A DNA stretch of 64,000 bases from an uncultured Alphaproteobacteria bacterium (GCA_963750975.1 CAVVSX010000016.1:123-64122), one strand, 5' to 3'; shown: positions 20,079 through 30,707, numbered from the stretch's first letter. Notes: generated by a model from the letters alone, not told the origin. Program-made: numbers and translations.

Positions 20079-21023
20079 TCAGCGCGGCCGGCGCAGATGA
20101 TGCAGGGTGATCTCGGGAGGGCAATTGAAGCGCACGGGTACGACGGAGGAGCCCGCGCCGACCGAGGTGTAGCCGATCATGCCGTGATGCTGCCAAGGGC
20201 CCGAGCCCATCGATCGCGGCAAGACCGAATCGAGCGTGATGGGGATGCCGCCGGGGAGACAGATCTGGCCGCCATGGGTATGGCCGCTCAACAAGAGATT
20301 GAAGTCGGCGTGGGCGGCCTGCCGATAGACCTCCGGCGTATGCGAGATGAGGATGGAAAATTCCTCGTGGGGAATGGCGCCGGCAGCCTTCTCGATATTG
20401 TCCACGCGGTAGAAATGCGCATCGTCGATGCCGGCGAGATGGATGTGCTCGCCGCCCCGCTTGATCGTCTCGCTCTCATTGAGGAGAACCTTGATGCCCA
20501 TGTCCTCCAAACCGGGCACGAGGCTGATCGTGTCGTGATTGCCGAGCACGGCGTAGATCGTGCCCTTGAGCGCGGACCGCAGCTTCGCCATCCCGGCCAA
20601 GGTGGCGTCGTAGGGGCCGTGGGTCTTGGCTCGATAATCGCCAGTGAGGATGCAGAGATCGTAGTCGGCGCTCCCCGCCAGCGCGACCACGCGCTGCATC
20701 GCCACTTCGCTCATCTCAACATGGAGATCACTTAGCTGAAGGATGGTGTAGCCGTCGAAGGCTTGCGGCAGCTGCGGCGAAGTCACGCGATTATGCCTGA
20801 GCGCGACCTTGGCCGCGTTGCGCAAACCCCGCCAATACAGCCCGGACGCCATCAGCACCGCACGGATCAAGGCGTGCGAGAGGGTGAGATTCTCGATGTG
20901 AAAGAAATTGATGCCCTGACCGAAGACTTGCGCCTCGTGGTCTTGCTCAATGCCGAGACGCTGGCGCGCATAACGCCGCCCGAGGCGCTTCTCCAGAACT
21001 GCCAATTCAGCGTCGTTGGTCAT
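20079..21023 (-). CDS. Calcineurin-like metallophosphoesterase (YkuE/YaeI-like)
   Basis: SDLH, TGDY, LGNHD, SHTP and GHTHGGQ motifs. Confidence 0.9.
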   Translation of the reverse strand: MTNDAELAVLEKRLGRRYARQRLGIEQDHEAQVFGQGINFFHIENLTLSHALIRAVLMASGLYWRGLRNAAKVALRHNRVTSPQLPQAFDGYTILQLSDLHVEMSEVAMQRVVALAGSADYDLCILTGDYRAKTHGPYDATLAGMAKLRSALKGTIYAVLGNHDTISLVPGLEDMGIKVLLNESETIKRGGEHIHLAGIDDAHFYRVDNIEKAAGAIPHEEFSILISHTPEVYRQAAHADFNLLLSGHTHGGQICLPGGIPITLDSVLPRSMGSGPWQHHGMIGYTSVGAGSSVVPVRFNCPPEITLHHLRRPR

Positions 21024-21185
21024 GGTGGTGTGCCGCCTCAAGGCGACCAGAGCTGGCGCGGAGCAGACCCGAAGTGCAAGGCAGCTTCTATCCGCCGATC
21101 AAGGCACTGCACCCGATCGTGCCCATCGATGGCTAATATCTCGGGCCTGACTGTGACGACGATGCTCCGTCCAAAAAGAAATACA

Positions 21186-22031
21186 TCAGCTCGGTACAAG
21201 AAGCACGAAAGCGGCACGCGTTGCCGGTTCACGCCGCGGGGTTGCGATGAAACGCTTTTTGAGCTTCCGCCAGAATGTCTTGAGAAAGGAGCGCGGGAGC
21301 GGCCGCCCAAGCCGTTTTGCTTCCGTTGAGATGTAATGGGTCGCCTTTGGCCGCCAACCGTGTTGCTCAAAGAACACAAACCAATCGTGCGGATTGAAGC
21401 GGTGGATCGCCACGCGGACCCGGCGATTGTGGCGGCTGCGGATCGGCTTTGGCGGAAAAGAATCGACGATCCAAAAGCCGACATGGTCGAGCCGGCGCAA
21501 ATCGTCGGCCAGTTCGGCGACGTCGGCCTCGGTCAGATAGGGAGTGACCCATTCCGTAAGCACCAAAATCTTGGTCGCGTCCTTGCAAACTTCGTCAAGC
21601 AGCTCCCGGCGCGCGGCGCGATCGGCGAGATCGACCTTGAAGCGCTCGAGCCGGCAATTGGGCCGTTCATCGGCAAGTTGTTCGTTCATGTAATCGACGA
21701 TGGCGGGAAGATCGACGTCGACCCAGCGCAGTGCCTGCGGCAGTTCCATGCGGTAGGGCCGTGTGTCGAGCCCCGCGCCAAGATTTAGAACAGTACCGAC
21801 ACCTTCGGTGATCGCTTGCTTGACAAAATCGTCGACGATTACGGTGCGGATCGCCACCGACCAGGCGAGACTGGCCGATCCTTTGTTCGTTGACGCCCTC
21901 TTGCCATACTCGCCGGCAAGCTTCCGCGCGAGCGGATCCCGAAAGAGCGGTTGCAGCCGGTCGTTCTCCAGCGCGCGGAAGCCGGCGACCAGGAAGGCCG
22001 TGTCGGAGACGTTGCGGATAACTGGGGTCAT
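21186..22031 (-). CDS. LCM-family SAM-dependent methyltransferase (copy 2)
   Basis: SDTAF and [12 protein letters not shown] motifs; TEWVTPYL variant. Confidence 0.82.
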   Translation of the reverse strand: MTPVIRNVSDTAFLVAGFRALENDRLQPLFRDPLARKLAGEYGKRASTNKGSASLAWSVAIRTVIVDDFVKQAITEGVGTVLNLGAGLDTRPYRMELPQALRWVDVDLPAIVDYMNEQLADERPNCRLERFKVDLADRAARRELLDEVCKDATKILVLTEWVTPYLTEADVAELADDLRRLDHVGFWIVDSFPPKPIRSRHNRRVRVAIHRFNPHDWFVFFEQHGWRPKATHYISTEAKRLGRPLPRSFLKTFWRKLKKRFIATPRREPATRAAFVLLVPS

Positions 22032-22117
22032 GGGGATCAGGTTTGTGTGGCGCTGGAATAGCTGCAAAAGCCAAAACCTATTCGACTGAATTACACAAGC
22101 GAGCGAAGTGCGGCAGA

Positions 22118-22954
22118 TCAGCTAGGGGTCAGGACAACGTAGGCGGCGCCTTTGACCTGCTCTTTGCCCGGGGCCTGGCGGAACATCGTCTTAAGCGTGC
22201 GGGTGATCTTCTGGAGGGTGGAGCGCGGAAACGGTCGCCGCAGCCGCTTGGCTGCCTCGGAAAAGTAACTGATCTCCTTTACCCGCCAACCATGCTCATG
22301 GAAGAAGCCGAACCAATCGCTGGGCCTGAACTTGAATGCCGCCTTGGGCGCGCGGTCATGCAGGTTCAATTGGTACGGAAGACAATCGACGATCCAGTCG
22401 CAACCCTTCTCCAGCCCACGCAGATCGTCAGCCAGGTCAGCCACGTCGGCCTCGGTCAGATAGGGGATCACACATTCGGTGATCACTAAAATCTTGCTCG
22501 CGTCCTTGCTTACGTCGTTGAACAGCTCCCGTCGCCGCGCGCGATCGGTGAGATCGAATGCCAGGCGTTCGAGCCGGCAATTGGGGCGCTCTTCGGCGAG
22601 TTGTTCGTTCTTGACGTCGATGACGGCGGGAAAATCGACCTCGACCCAGCGCAGCGTCTCCGGCAGCTGCATGCGGTAAGGCCGCGTGTCGAGGCCGGCG
22701 CCGAGATTGAACACCGTGTCGACCCCGTGCGAGATCGCCTGCTTGACAAGATCGTCAATGATCATCGTGCGGATCACGACATACCAGCCGAGATCGACCG
22801 AAAGTCCGCCTTTGCGCGCTGGCCTGAAATATTCCCCCGCCAACTTTCGCGCCAAGGGATCACGGAACAGCGGCCGCGCCCGGGCGCTCTCCTGGGCGCG
22901 GCAGGCGGCGACCAGGAAGGCCGTATCGGCAACGCTGTTGATCGTTGGCGCCAT
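22118..22954 (-). CDS. LCM-family SAM-dependent methyltransferase (copy 3)
   Basis: ADTAF and [12 protein letters not shown] motifs; TECVIPYL variant. Confidence 0.82.
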   Translation of the reverse strand: MAPTINSVADTAFLVAACRAQESARARPLFRDPLARKLAGEYFRPARKGGLSVDLGWYVVIRTMIIDDLVKQAISHGVDTVFNLGAGLDTRPYRMQLPETLRWVEVDFPAVIDVKNEQLAEERPNCRLERLAFDLTDRARRRELFNDVSKDASKILVITECVIPYLTEADVADLADDLRGLEKGCDWIVDCLPYQLNLHDRAPKAAFKFRPSDWFGFFHEHGWRVKEISYFSEAAKRLRRPFPRSTLQKITRTLKTMFRQAPGKEQVKGAAYVVLTPS

Positions 22955-22991
22955 CGGCAACCTTTGGCGGGCAGTTGAGCGCAAGGCAGAT

Positions 22992-23081
22992 TGGCGGAGG
23001 GGAAGGGATTCGAACCCTTGAGACGGTTACCCGCCTACACACTTTCCAGGCGTGCGCCTTCGACCACTCGGCCACCCCTCC
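22992..23081 (-). tRNA. tRNA-Ser(GGA)
   Basis: 90 nt GGAGGGGTGGCCGAGTGG...CCTGGAAA...GGTTCGAATCC...CGCCA with long variable arm and encoded CCA. Confidence 0.96.
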
Positions 23082-23097
23082 TTGGAAAAAGTGCCGC

Positions 23098-23125
23098 ACT
23101 ATAGCTAAGCGACCCGCCCGTTCAA
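23098..23125 (-). promoter_or_regulatory. Sigma70-type promoter of tRNA-Ser
   Basis: TTGAAC-N16-TATAGT on the minus strand. Confidence 0.5.
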
Positions 23126-23236
23126 GGAGCACGCGAATTGACGCGGCTTTCACGCGATCCTGAAGTAGCCGCGATTTGAACATTGGCCGGCAATGGCTTA
23201 TGTAGGTGTTACAGCATCAATCCGTGATGGAGTTCC

Positions 23237-23554
23237 ATGCTCATCCTGCTGCGCATTTTTGGCGTTTGGCTGTTGTTGCTCGCTATGGTCGCCGCCGTCG
23301 TCGACGCCACTAAAAGTCTGGCGGGGGGCGGCGCGTGGGTGGTCACGCCGATGGGTGAGCAATGGCAAGCGCTCAACGCCGACAGCCTGGCGGCGACGAA
23401 AGCTTGGGTCGGGACCAATCTCGGCCCGCTGGTGTGGGACCCGGTGACGACCACCATCCTGCATGCGCCGACCTGGGTGGTGTTCGGCATTCTCGGCGTC
23501 CTGCTCTATTGGCTGGGGCAAAAGCGCAAACCGGTCGAAGTATTCATCAATTAG
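23237..23554 (+). CDS. Conserved-looking small membrane protein
   Basis: Two hydrophobic segments; GGAG RBS. Confidence 0.7.
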   Translation: MLILLRIFGVWLLLLAMVAAVVDATKSLAGGGAWVVTPMGEQWQALNADSLAATKAWVGTNLGPLVWDPVTTTILHAPTWVVFGILGVLLYWLGQKRKPVEVFIN

Positions 23555-23606
23555 CGGAGTTTAGGGGCGTTCGGTTCGGGGGAACCAATCTCTAACGGAG
23601 ACCTCC

Positions 23607-24263
23607 ATGTTCACGCTGAAGCGCAAACCCATGTCGATCCCCTCTGCCGACCAGGCGCTGCCCGGCCGGCCGCAAGCCGTCCCCACGGCGAAGACCCATT
23701 TCGTCAATGGCGCCGCCCTCAAAGGCCCCTACCCGCAAGGCGCGGAGATGGCGCTGTTTGGGCTCGGCTGCTTCTGGGGCGCCGAGCGGAAGTTCTGGCA
23801 GGTGCCTGGCGTGATCGTCACCGCCGTCGGCTATGCCGGTGGCCTCACCCCCAATCCGACCTATGAGGAGGTCTGCTCGGGACGCACCGGCCATAACGAG
23901 GCGGTGTTCGTCGTCTATGACCCGAAGCAGGTCAGCTACGTGGCGCTATTGAAGCTCTTCTTCGAGAGCCACAACCCGACACAAGGCATGAAGCAGGGCA
24001 ACGATGTCGGCACGCAATACCGCTCCGGCGTCTACTACTACTCCGAGGCGCAGCAGAAGGCCGCCGAGGCCGCGAAAACGGCCTATGCCAAAGCGCTCGC
24101 CGCGCAAGGATTAGGGACCATCACCACCGAGATCCTGCCCGCGCCGGAATTCTATTTCGCCGAGGATTATCACCAGCAATATCTCGCCAAGAACCCGCGC
24201 GGCTATTGCGGGCTCGGCGGCACCGGCGTGACCTGCCAGATCGGCACCGGCGTCGAGGCCTAA
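23607..24263 (+). CDS. msrA: Peptide-methionine (S)-S-oxide reductase
   Basis: GCFWG, GTQYRSG and AEDYHQQY motifs. Confidence 0.96.
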   Translation: MFTLKRKPMSIPSADQALPGRPQAVPTAKTHFVNGAALKGPYPQGAEMALFGLGCFWGAERKFWQVPGVIVTAVGYAGGLTPNPTYEEVCSGRTGHNEAVFVVYDPKQVSYVALLKLFFESHNPTQGMKQGNDVGTQYRSGVYYYSEAQQKAAEAAKTAYAKALAAQGLGTITTEILPAPEFYFAEDYHQQYLAKNPRGYCGLGGTGVTCQIGTGVEA

Positions 24264-24267
24264 ACCG

Positions 24268-25311
24268 TCAACTCCGAATGAAGCCGATGATGTCCTTGGT
24301 TTTGGCGAGTATCGGGTCGGCGATGCCGTGAGCACGGGCCGCGCCCTCGGCCAGGATGCGGTCGATCTCGACCGGATCGGCCATCAGGCGCCGCATCTCC
24401 TCGCCGATCGGTGTGAGCCTGGTCGCGGCTAGCTCGGCCAGAGCCTCCTTGAACTTGGAGAAGGGCGCGTTGCCGAATTCGGCGAGCACCCGGTCCTTGC
24501 CGGTCTCGGCCAGACCCGCATAGATGCCGACGAGATTATCGGCCTCGGGCCGCGCCTCCAACCCCTTCACCTCCGACGGCAGCGGCTCGGGATCGGTCTT
24601 GGCCTTTCTGATCTTCTTGGCGATGGCGTCGGCATCGTCGGTCAGGTTGATGCGCGTCATGTCGGATTCGTCCGACTTCGACATTTTCTTGGTGCCGTCG
24701 CGCAAGCTCATCACCCGCGTCGCGGGCCCGGTGATCAGCGGCTCGGGCAGCGGGAAGAAACCACCCGGATAACCCTCGCGCGCGATCGTCCCGGCGAAGT
24801 CGTTGTTGAATTTCTGGGCGATGTCGCGGGCAAGCTCGAGATGCTGCTTCTGGTCCTCGCCGACCGGTACATGGGTCGCGTGATAGAGCAGAATGTCGGC
24901 GGCCATCAGGTTCGGATAGACATAGAGCCCGGCCGACGCCTTCTCGCGGTCCTTGCCGGCCTTCTCCTTGAACTGCGTCATGCGGTTCAGCCAGCCGAGC
25001 CGCGCGACGCAATTGAAGATCCAGGCGAGCTCGGCGTGGCCTGAGACCTGGCTTTGATTGAAGACGATGTGCTTCTGAGGATCGATGCCGGAGGCGATGA
25101 AGGCGGCCGTCACCTCGCGGGTGTTCTTGCTCAGCTCGACGGGGTCCTGGAACACGGTGATGGCGTGCAGATCGACCACGCAATAGAGGCACTCATGCTC
25201 GGCCTGAAGCGCCACGAATTTGGTGATGGCGCCGAGATAATTGCCGAGATGCAGGTTGCCCGTCGGCTGCACGCCCGAGAAGACGCGCGTCTTGTGCTTG
25301 GTCTCTTGCAT
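24268..25311 (-). CDS. trpS: Tryptophan--tRNA ligase
   Basis: SGVQPTG, HLGN, VPVGEDQ and KMSKS motifs. Confidence 0.97.
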   Translation of the reverse strand: MQETKHKTRVFSGVQPTGNLHLGNYLGAITKFVALQAEHECLYCVVDLHAITVFQDPVELSKNTREVTAAFIASGIDPQKHIVFNQSQVSGHAELAWIFNCVARLGWLNRMTQFKEKAGKDREKASAGLYVYPNLMAADILLYHATHVPVGEDQKQHLELARDIAQKFNNDFAGTIAREGYPGGFFPLPEPLITGPATRVMSLRDGTKKMSKSDESDMTRINLTDDADAIAKKIRKAKTDPEPLPSEVKGLEARPEADNLVGIYAGLAETGKDRVLAEFGNAPFSKFKEALAELAATRLTPIGEEMRRLMADPVEIDRILAEGAARAHGIADPILAKTKDIIGFIRS

Positions 25312-25383
25312 GCTTCCGCCCTGTACGAAGGGCGGGTTATGGCGCGGGGGACGCGTGAGCGCAAGGCTCTGCCCGCGCGAGTT

Positions 25384-26274
25384 TCAGGCGCAAGCGGTCT
25401 CCATTTCGCGGATTTGCTCGGCGATGGCGACGGTGCGCTGGGCCATGCCGAAATGCAGCCGCTCGACCATGCGACCCTCCACCACGATCACGCCCTTCTT
25501 CTCGTTCTCCTTCTGACCGAAGGCGTCGATCACCTTGCGCGACCACTCGACCTCCTCGCGCGTCGGCGAGAAGATCTCGTTGCACGGCCAGACCTGGTCG
25601 GGATGGATCAGCGTCTTGCCGTCCATGCCGAGCGTGCGACCACGCTCGCATTCCTCGCGCAAGCCAAGCTCGTCGCGGAAATCGTTATAGACGCCGTCGA
25701 TGATGTCGAGGCGGTAGGCGCGCGCGGCGACCAGCGTCATGGCGAGCCAGGGCACGACGGCGAAGCGGTCGTGCAGCGCGCGGGCGCGCGATTCCTTGAT
25801 TAGATCGTTGGTGCCCATGACCAGGCAGCAGAGCCGGTTCTCGGCATAGACGGCGGTGGCGGCGATGGTGCGCGCGTTGAGGATCGCCATCGGCGTCTCC
25901 ATCATCGCCCAGAGTCTGACCTTCTCCGCGGCATGCACGCCCTGCAGGATGTTGGCGGTGCTGATGATGTCGCCCGGATGCACCACCTTCGGCACGAGGA
26001 TAGCGTCGGGCTCGGCCTTGCAGGCGGCCAGCAAATCGTCAATGCCCCACGGCGTTTCCAGCGCGTTCACCCGAATGACGATCTCGCGGCCGCCATAGCC
26101 GCCGCCCTTGACCGCCGCGCAGACTTGCTCGCGGGCGAGCAGCTTGGCATCGGGCGCCACGGCATCTTCGAGATCGAAGATGAAGGCGTCGGCGGGGAGG
26201 GCCTTGGCCTTCTCCAGGGCCCGCGCATTGGACCCGGGCATATAGAGCACGCTACGGCGTGGCCGGCCCTGCAT
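25384..26274 (-). CDS. CitE/malyl-CoA lyase family CoA ester lyase/thioesterase
   Basis: RRSVLYMPG, DLEDAV, MGTNDL and GKTLIHP motifs. Confidence 0.88.
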   Translation of the reverse strand: MQGRPRRSVLYMPGSNARALEKAKALPADAFIFDLEDAVAPDAKLLAREQVCAAVKGGGYGGREIVIRVNALETPWGIDDLLAACKAEPDAILVPKVVHPGDIISTANILQGVHAAEKVRLWAMMETPMAILNARTIAATAVYAENRLCCLVMGTNDLIKESRARALHDRFAVVPWLAMTLVAARAYRLDIIDGVYNDFRDELGLREECERGRTLGMDGKTLIHPDQVWPCNEIFSPTREEVEWSRKVIDAFGQKENEKKGVIVVEGRMVERLHFGMAQRTVAIAEQIREMETACA

Positions 26275-26336
26275 GATGCTACCCCTCGCATTTGCTGCAC
26301 TGCAACATAAACGAAGGAAGGCGCTTCGCCAAATGC

Positions 26337-27893
26337 CTAGGTGGCCTGGTCCTTGATCAAATCACGGAAATTGGCCGCGCCGAACAGATGCGCCGCGCCG
26401 AGATAGGTCAGAAGGCCAAGCCCGACCAAGGCGCAGAGCGCGAGAGCCTGGACAAGCAAACCGTTTGCCGGGTCGAACCACGGATTGAGCAGTCGCACCA
26501 AGGCAAACACCACGACACCCATCAAGCCGCTCGCCGCGACGATGCCCAGTACGCGGCGGCGAAAGATCGGATCGAAAGTGAAGCCCTCGCGCTGCCTATG
26601 CGTGGTGAACAGCAGGCCGACGCCGATCCAGCCGGAGAGCGCGGTGGCGATGGCGATGCCGGTGGCACCGATGATCGTAAACAGCATGATGCTCAACACC
26701 ACATTGGCCGCCATGGAGATACCGGCGTAGAGCATCGGCGTCTTGGTGTCCTCACGGGCGAAGAAGCTCGGTTGCAGCACCTTGATCAACACATAGGCGG
26801 GAAGACCGAGCGCGAGAGCGGCAAGCATCGAGGCAGTGGCGTTGGAGTCGATGGCGGTGAAAGCGCCGCGCTGGAACAGCACGCGCACGATCGGGTCAGC
26901 CGCGAGGTAGAGCGCGATGGCGGCGGGCATGGTCAACAGCAGAGCGAACTCGAACGCACGATTCTCGCTCGCCACCACAGCCGCATGATCGCCGAATCTG
27001 AGCTTGTGGCTGAGCGCGGGCAACAACACCACGCCGATGGCGACGCCGATCACGCCTAGCGGCAGTTGATACAGGCGGTCGGCGTAATAGAGCCAGGACA
27101 CGACGCGATCCTGGAGCGTGGCGATGATGGTGGAGATCACGCCGGTGATCTGCGCGATCCCGCCGGCGATCACGCCAGGCGTGGCAAGCGCCGCCAGGCG
27201 GCGCATCTCGGGGGTGAGGCGCGCCCGCTGCCAGGGTACGCTCATGCCAAGCTTGGCGGCGGCGGCGACCACGACCAGCACCTGCAAGACGCCTGAGGCG
27301 GTAATGCCCCAAGCAAGCGCGATCGCCACCGTGCTCTGCTGGGTTCCGCCTGAGGCGATGAGAACCAGCAGCACTGCGATCAATACGATGTTGAGCAGCG
27401 TCGGCGTGAAGGCGGCGATAGCGAAGCGGCCATGGGCATTGAGCACGCCGGTATAGAGCGCGACCACCGACATGAAGGGGAGATATGGCAGCGCGATGCG
27501 GGCGAGCAGCACGGCGAGCGCGAATTTCTCTGGATCGCTGCTGAATCCCGGCGCCAGCAGCAGCAGCAGCCACGGCATGGCGATCTCGGCGAGGACGGTA
27601 AAGGCGACGAGCAGGACCATGAGGCCGGCAAGCGCCTGACCGGCGAAGGCTCGTGCCGCCTCCGCGCCCTCGCCATGCAGGCGCTTGGCGAACAGCGGAA
27701 TGAAGGCCGCGTCGAACGCACCCTCGGCGAACAGCCGGCGAAACATGTTGGGCACGCGGAAGGCGACAAAATAAGCGTCGGCCGCCGCCGACGTGCCGAG
27801 CACCGCGGCGATCAGCACGTCGCGCGCGAAGCCGAGCACGCGGCTCAGGATCGTTATCGAGCCTACGGTGGCGAAGCCGCGATAAAATCGCAT
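26337..27893 (-). CDS. murJ: Lipid II flippase MurJ (MviN)
   Basis: SRVLGFARD, PNMFRRLFAEGAF and YADRLYQLPLG motifs. Confidence 0.95.
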   Translation of the reverse strand: MRFYRGFATVGSITILSRVLGFARDVLIAAVLGTSAAADAYFVAFRVPNMFRRLFAEGAFDAAFIPLFAKRLHGEGAEAARAFAGQALAGLMVLLVAFTVLAEIAMPWLLLLLAPGFSSDPEKFALAVLLARIALPYLPFMSVVALYTGVLNAHGRFAIAAFTPTLLNIVLIAVLLVLIASGGTQQSTVAIALAWGITASGVLQVLVVVAAAAKLGMSVPWQRARLTPEMRRLAALATPGVIAGGIAQITGVISTIIATLQDRVVSWLYYADRLYQLPLGVIGVAIGVVLLPALSHKLRFGDHAAVVASENRAFEFALLLTMPAAIALYLAADPIVRVLFQRGAFTAIDSNATASMLAALALGLPAYVLIKVLQPSFFAREDTKTPMLYAGISMAANVVLSIMLFTIIGATGIAIATALSGWIGVGLLFTTHRQREGFTFDPIFRRRVLGIVAASGLMGVVVFALVRLLNPWFDPANGLLVQALALCALVGLGLLTYLGAAHLFGAANFRDLIKDQAT

Positions 27894-30673
27894 CAGGCCG
27901 TCAGCAATGCAGGCTCGGGGCGCGCTTGGAGCGCCTTCAGCAGCCGCTCACGAATGGCCGATTCGCGGCTTTTGCTGGTGATCTTCTTGCCGGTGAGGTC
28001 GGTGACGTAGAAGACGTCGACCGCCTTCTCGCCGAAGGTGGCGATATGCGCCGAGGCGATGTCGAGATTGAGATCGGAGATCTCGCGCGTCACGTCATAG
28101 AGCAGGCCGGGGCGATCCAGCCCGTTGATCTCGATCACCGTCAGCGCATCGGACAGCGTATTGTCGATCACCACTTGCGGCTCGACGGTGAAGGCCGAGA
28201 GCCTCGACTTCGCCTTGCGCTTGGTGGAGACCACCTCGGCCAGCCGCACCTCCCCCTTGAGCAACCGCTCGATGGTGACGGCAATCTTGCGCGCGCGCCG
28301 CTCCTCGTCCTCGGCCTGATCGAACTCGCGCTCGAGATGCACGGTGTCGAGCGCCATGCCGTCGCGAGTGGTCGAGATCTGGGCATCGACGATATTGGCG
28401 CCGGCCCCGGTGCAAGCGCCGGCGACCATGGCGAGCAGCCGCGGGTGGTTCGGTGCGAGCAGCGTAATCTCGGTCACGCCGCGGAAGGCGTCGGTGGCAA
28501 TATGCGTCACGATCGGCCGGTTTTGCGCCTCGGCGTCGCGGATCAGCTTGGCATGCTCGGCGACCACGGCGAGATCGGTCCTGAGCCAGTACGAGGGGTA
28601 GTGGCGGTCGATGAAGTGCTCGAGGTCATGCCGCGGCCAGCCGGCCAGACGCTCCCTGAGCTCATCCTGGGCGCGGGCCACGCGCTCGCTGCGGCTGAGC
28701 GTCGTATGTCCGCCGCCAAGCAGGGGTTCGGTCTCGAAATAAAGCGTGCGCAGGAGCTGGCCCTTCCATCCCGTCCAGACGCCTGGGCCCACCGCGCGGA
28801 TGTCGGCGACCGTGAGCAGCAGCAACAGCTTGAGCCGCTCCCGGCTCTGCACCAGCGTCGCGAAATCGCGCAGCGTCTTTGGGTCGTTGAGGTCACGACT
28901 CTGCGCGAACAGGCTCATGGACAGGTGGTGCTCGACCAGCCACGCCGCCGTCTCGGTCTCTGCTGCATTGAGCCCGAGCCGCGGCCCGAGTTCGCGGGCG
29001 ATGCGGGCGCCGGCGATCGAATGATCCTCGTCGCGGCCCTTGGCCATGTCGTGCAGCAGCGCCGCGACATAGAGGGCGCGCCGGCTGTCAATGGTGCGCA
29101 CCACCTCGCTCGACACCGGGTGCTCCATGGCGAACTTGCCGCGCTCGATGCCCGACAAGAAGCCGATGGTACGGATCAGATGCTCGTCAACGGTGAAGTG
29201 GTGATACATGTTGAACTGCATCATCGACACGACGCGGCCGAAATCCGGAATGAAACGGCCGAGCACGCCGGCCTCGTTCATCTTGCGCAGCACGGCTTCC
29301 GGATCGCGCGAGTTGGTCAGCAGCTTCATGAACAAGCGGTTCGCGGTCGGATCGGCGCGCAGAGTGTCGTCGATCAGGCGAAAGTTCGAGCGCACCTGGC
29401 GCAGCACCTCCGGCGAGAATGACGCCTGATGCTCGTCGGCCAGCGAGAATAGGCGGATGAAATTCACCGGGTCCTTGGCGAAGGCATCCTTGCTGACGGC
29501 ATAGATGCGGCCATTCTCGATGCGAAAGTCGGAGGTGCGGCGGAGCTTGGCACGGCGGCGCCAGCTGAACGGCGCAAGCAACGTGTCGAGGGCGGGCAAG
29601 CCCTTCAGCTGCTTCATCTCGAGCGCCGAGCAGACGATGCCGGTCAGGTCGCCGACTTCCTTGGCGACTAGGAAATAGTGCTTCATGAAGCGCTCGACCG
29701 CGCTCAGGCCGGCATGGCCCTTATAGCCGAGCCGCTCGGCCATCAACTGCTGCACCTCGAAATTGAGCCGTTCCTCGGCCCGGTCGGTCAAGAAATGCAG
29801 ATGGCAACGCACCGTCCAGAGGAAGCTCTCGCAGCGGCGGAAGCTCCGATATTCGTGCCGGTTGAACACGCCGGCCTCGACGAACTCGGCCTCGGCCTTG
29901 TCGGGATAGAGATGCTTGGCGAGCCAGTGCAGCGTGTGCAGGTCACGCAAGCCACCTTTGCCGTCCTTGACGTTGGGCTCGACGAGATAGCGCGACGCTC
30001 CGGCACGGGCATGGCGGACATTCTGCTCGGCGAGCTTCGCCTCGACGAAGGCGCGCGGATTGCCCTCCAGCACCTCCTTGCGGAAACGATGCTGAAAATC
30101 AGTGAATAGCGGCGCGTCGCCGAGGATCAGCCGCGCATCGAGCAGCGCGGTACGAATGGTCATGTCGGAGTGGCTGAGGCGGACGCATTGATCGATATTG
30201 CGCGTGGCGTGGCCGACCTTGAAGCCGAGATCCCACAGCAGATAAAGCATGAATTCGGCGACGCTCTCGCCCCAGGCGGTCTGCTTGTAGGGCAGCAGGA
30301 ACAAGAGGTCGATGTCGGAGCCCGGCGCGAGCAGCCCGCGTCCGTAGCCGCCTTGCGCGACCACGGCCATGCGCTCCGCGGCGGTCGGATTCTCGACGCG
30401 ATAGACGTGGTTGGTGGTGAAATCGTAAGCCAGCTTGATCAACGCGTCCTGGAAGGCCGAGAGACCGGCGGCGCAGGTGCGCCCGTCGCCATCCTCTTCG
30501 AGCTGGCGCTTGGCCGTGGCGTAGGCGGCGTCGACCAGCTGGCGCATGCGGTCGACCAAGGCCGCGCGTAACTTCGCATCCTGCCCCGAATGGGTCCGCG
30601 CAAGCTCGGAAGCCTCGTGCCGTAGCAGGTCGAGGTCGAAATAAGGGGCTTGTTTCGGTACGGTCTGGTCCAT
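27893..30673 (-). CDS. glnD: [protein-PII] uridylyltransferase
   Basis: GGYGRG..APGSDIDL, KGGLRD, YHHFTVDEH and HD motifs; two ACT domains. Confidence 0.96.
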   Translation of the reverse strand: MDQTVPKQAPYFDLDLLRHEASELARTHSGQDAKLRAALVDRMRQLVDAAYATAKRQLEEDGDGRTCAAGLSAFQDALIKLAYDFTTNHVYRVENPTAAERMAVVAQGGYGRGLLAPGSDIDLLFLLPYKQTAWGESVAEFMLYLLWDLGFKVGHATRNIDQCVRLSHSDMTIRTALLDARLILGDAPLFTDFQHRFRKEVLEGNPRAFVEAKLAEQNVRHARAGASRYLVEPNVKDGKGGLRDLHTLHWLAKHLYPDKAEAEFVEAGVFNRHEYRSFRRCESFLWTVRCHLHFLTDRAEERLNFEVQQLMAERLGYKGHAGLSAVERFMKHYFLVAKEVGDLTGIVCSALEMKQLKGLPALDTLLAPFSWRRRAKLRRTSDFRIENGRIYAVSKDAFAKDPVNFIRLFSLADEHQASFSPEVLRQVRSNFRLIDDTLRADPTANRLFMKLLTNSRDPEAVLRKMNEAGVLGRFIPDFGRVVSMMQFNMYHHFTVDEHLIRTIGFLSGIERGKFAMEHPVSSEVVRTIDSRRALYVAALLHDMAKGRDEDHSIAGARIARELGPRLGLNAAETETAAWLVEHHLSMSLFAQSRDLNDPKTLRDFATLVQSRERLKLLLLLTVADIRAVGPGVWTGWKGQLLRTLYFETEPLLGGGHTTLSRSERVARAQDELRERLAGWPRHDLEHFIDRHYPSYWLRTDLAVVAEHAKLIRDAEAQNRPIVTHIATDAFRGVTEITLLAPNHPRLLAMVAGACTGAGANIVDAQISTTRDGMALDTVHLEREFDQAEDEERRARKIAVTIERLLKGEVRLAEVVSTKRKAKSRLSAFTVEPQVVIDNTLSDALTVIEINGLDRPGLLYDVTREISDLNLDIASAHIATFGEKAVDVFYVTDLTGKKITSKSRESAIRERLLKALQARPEPALLTA

Positions 30674-30707
30674 GGCGGAGCCGGCGAAAGTCTAGCACAT
30701 GGGGGAT

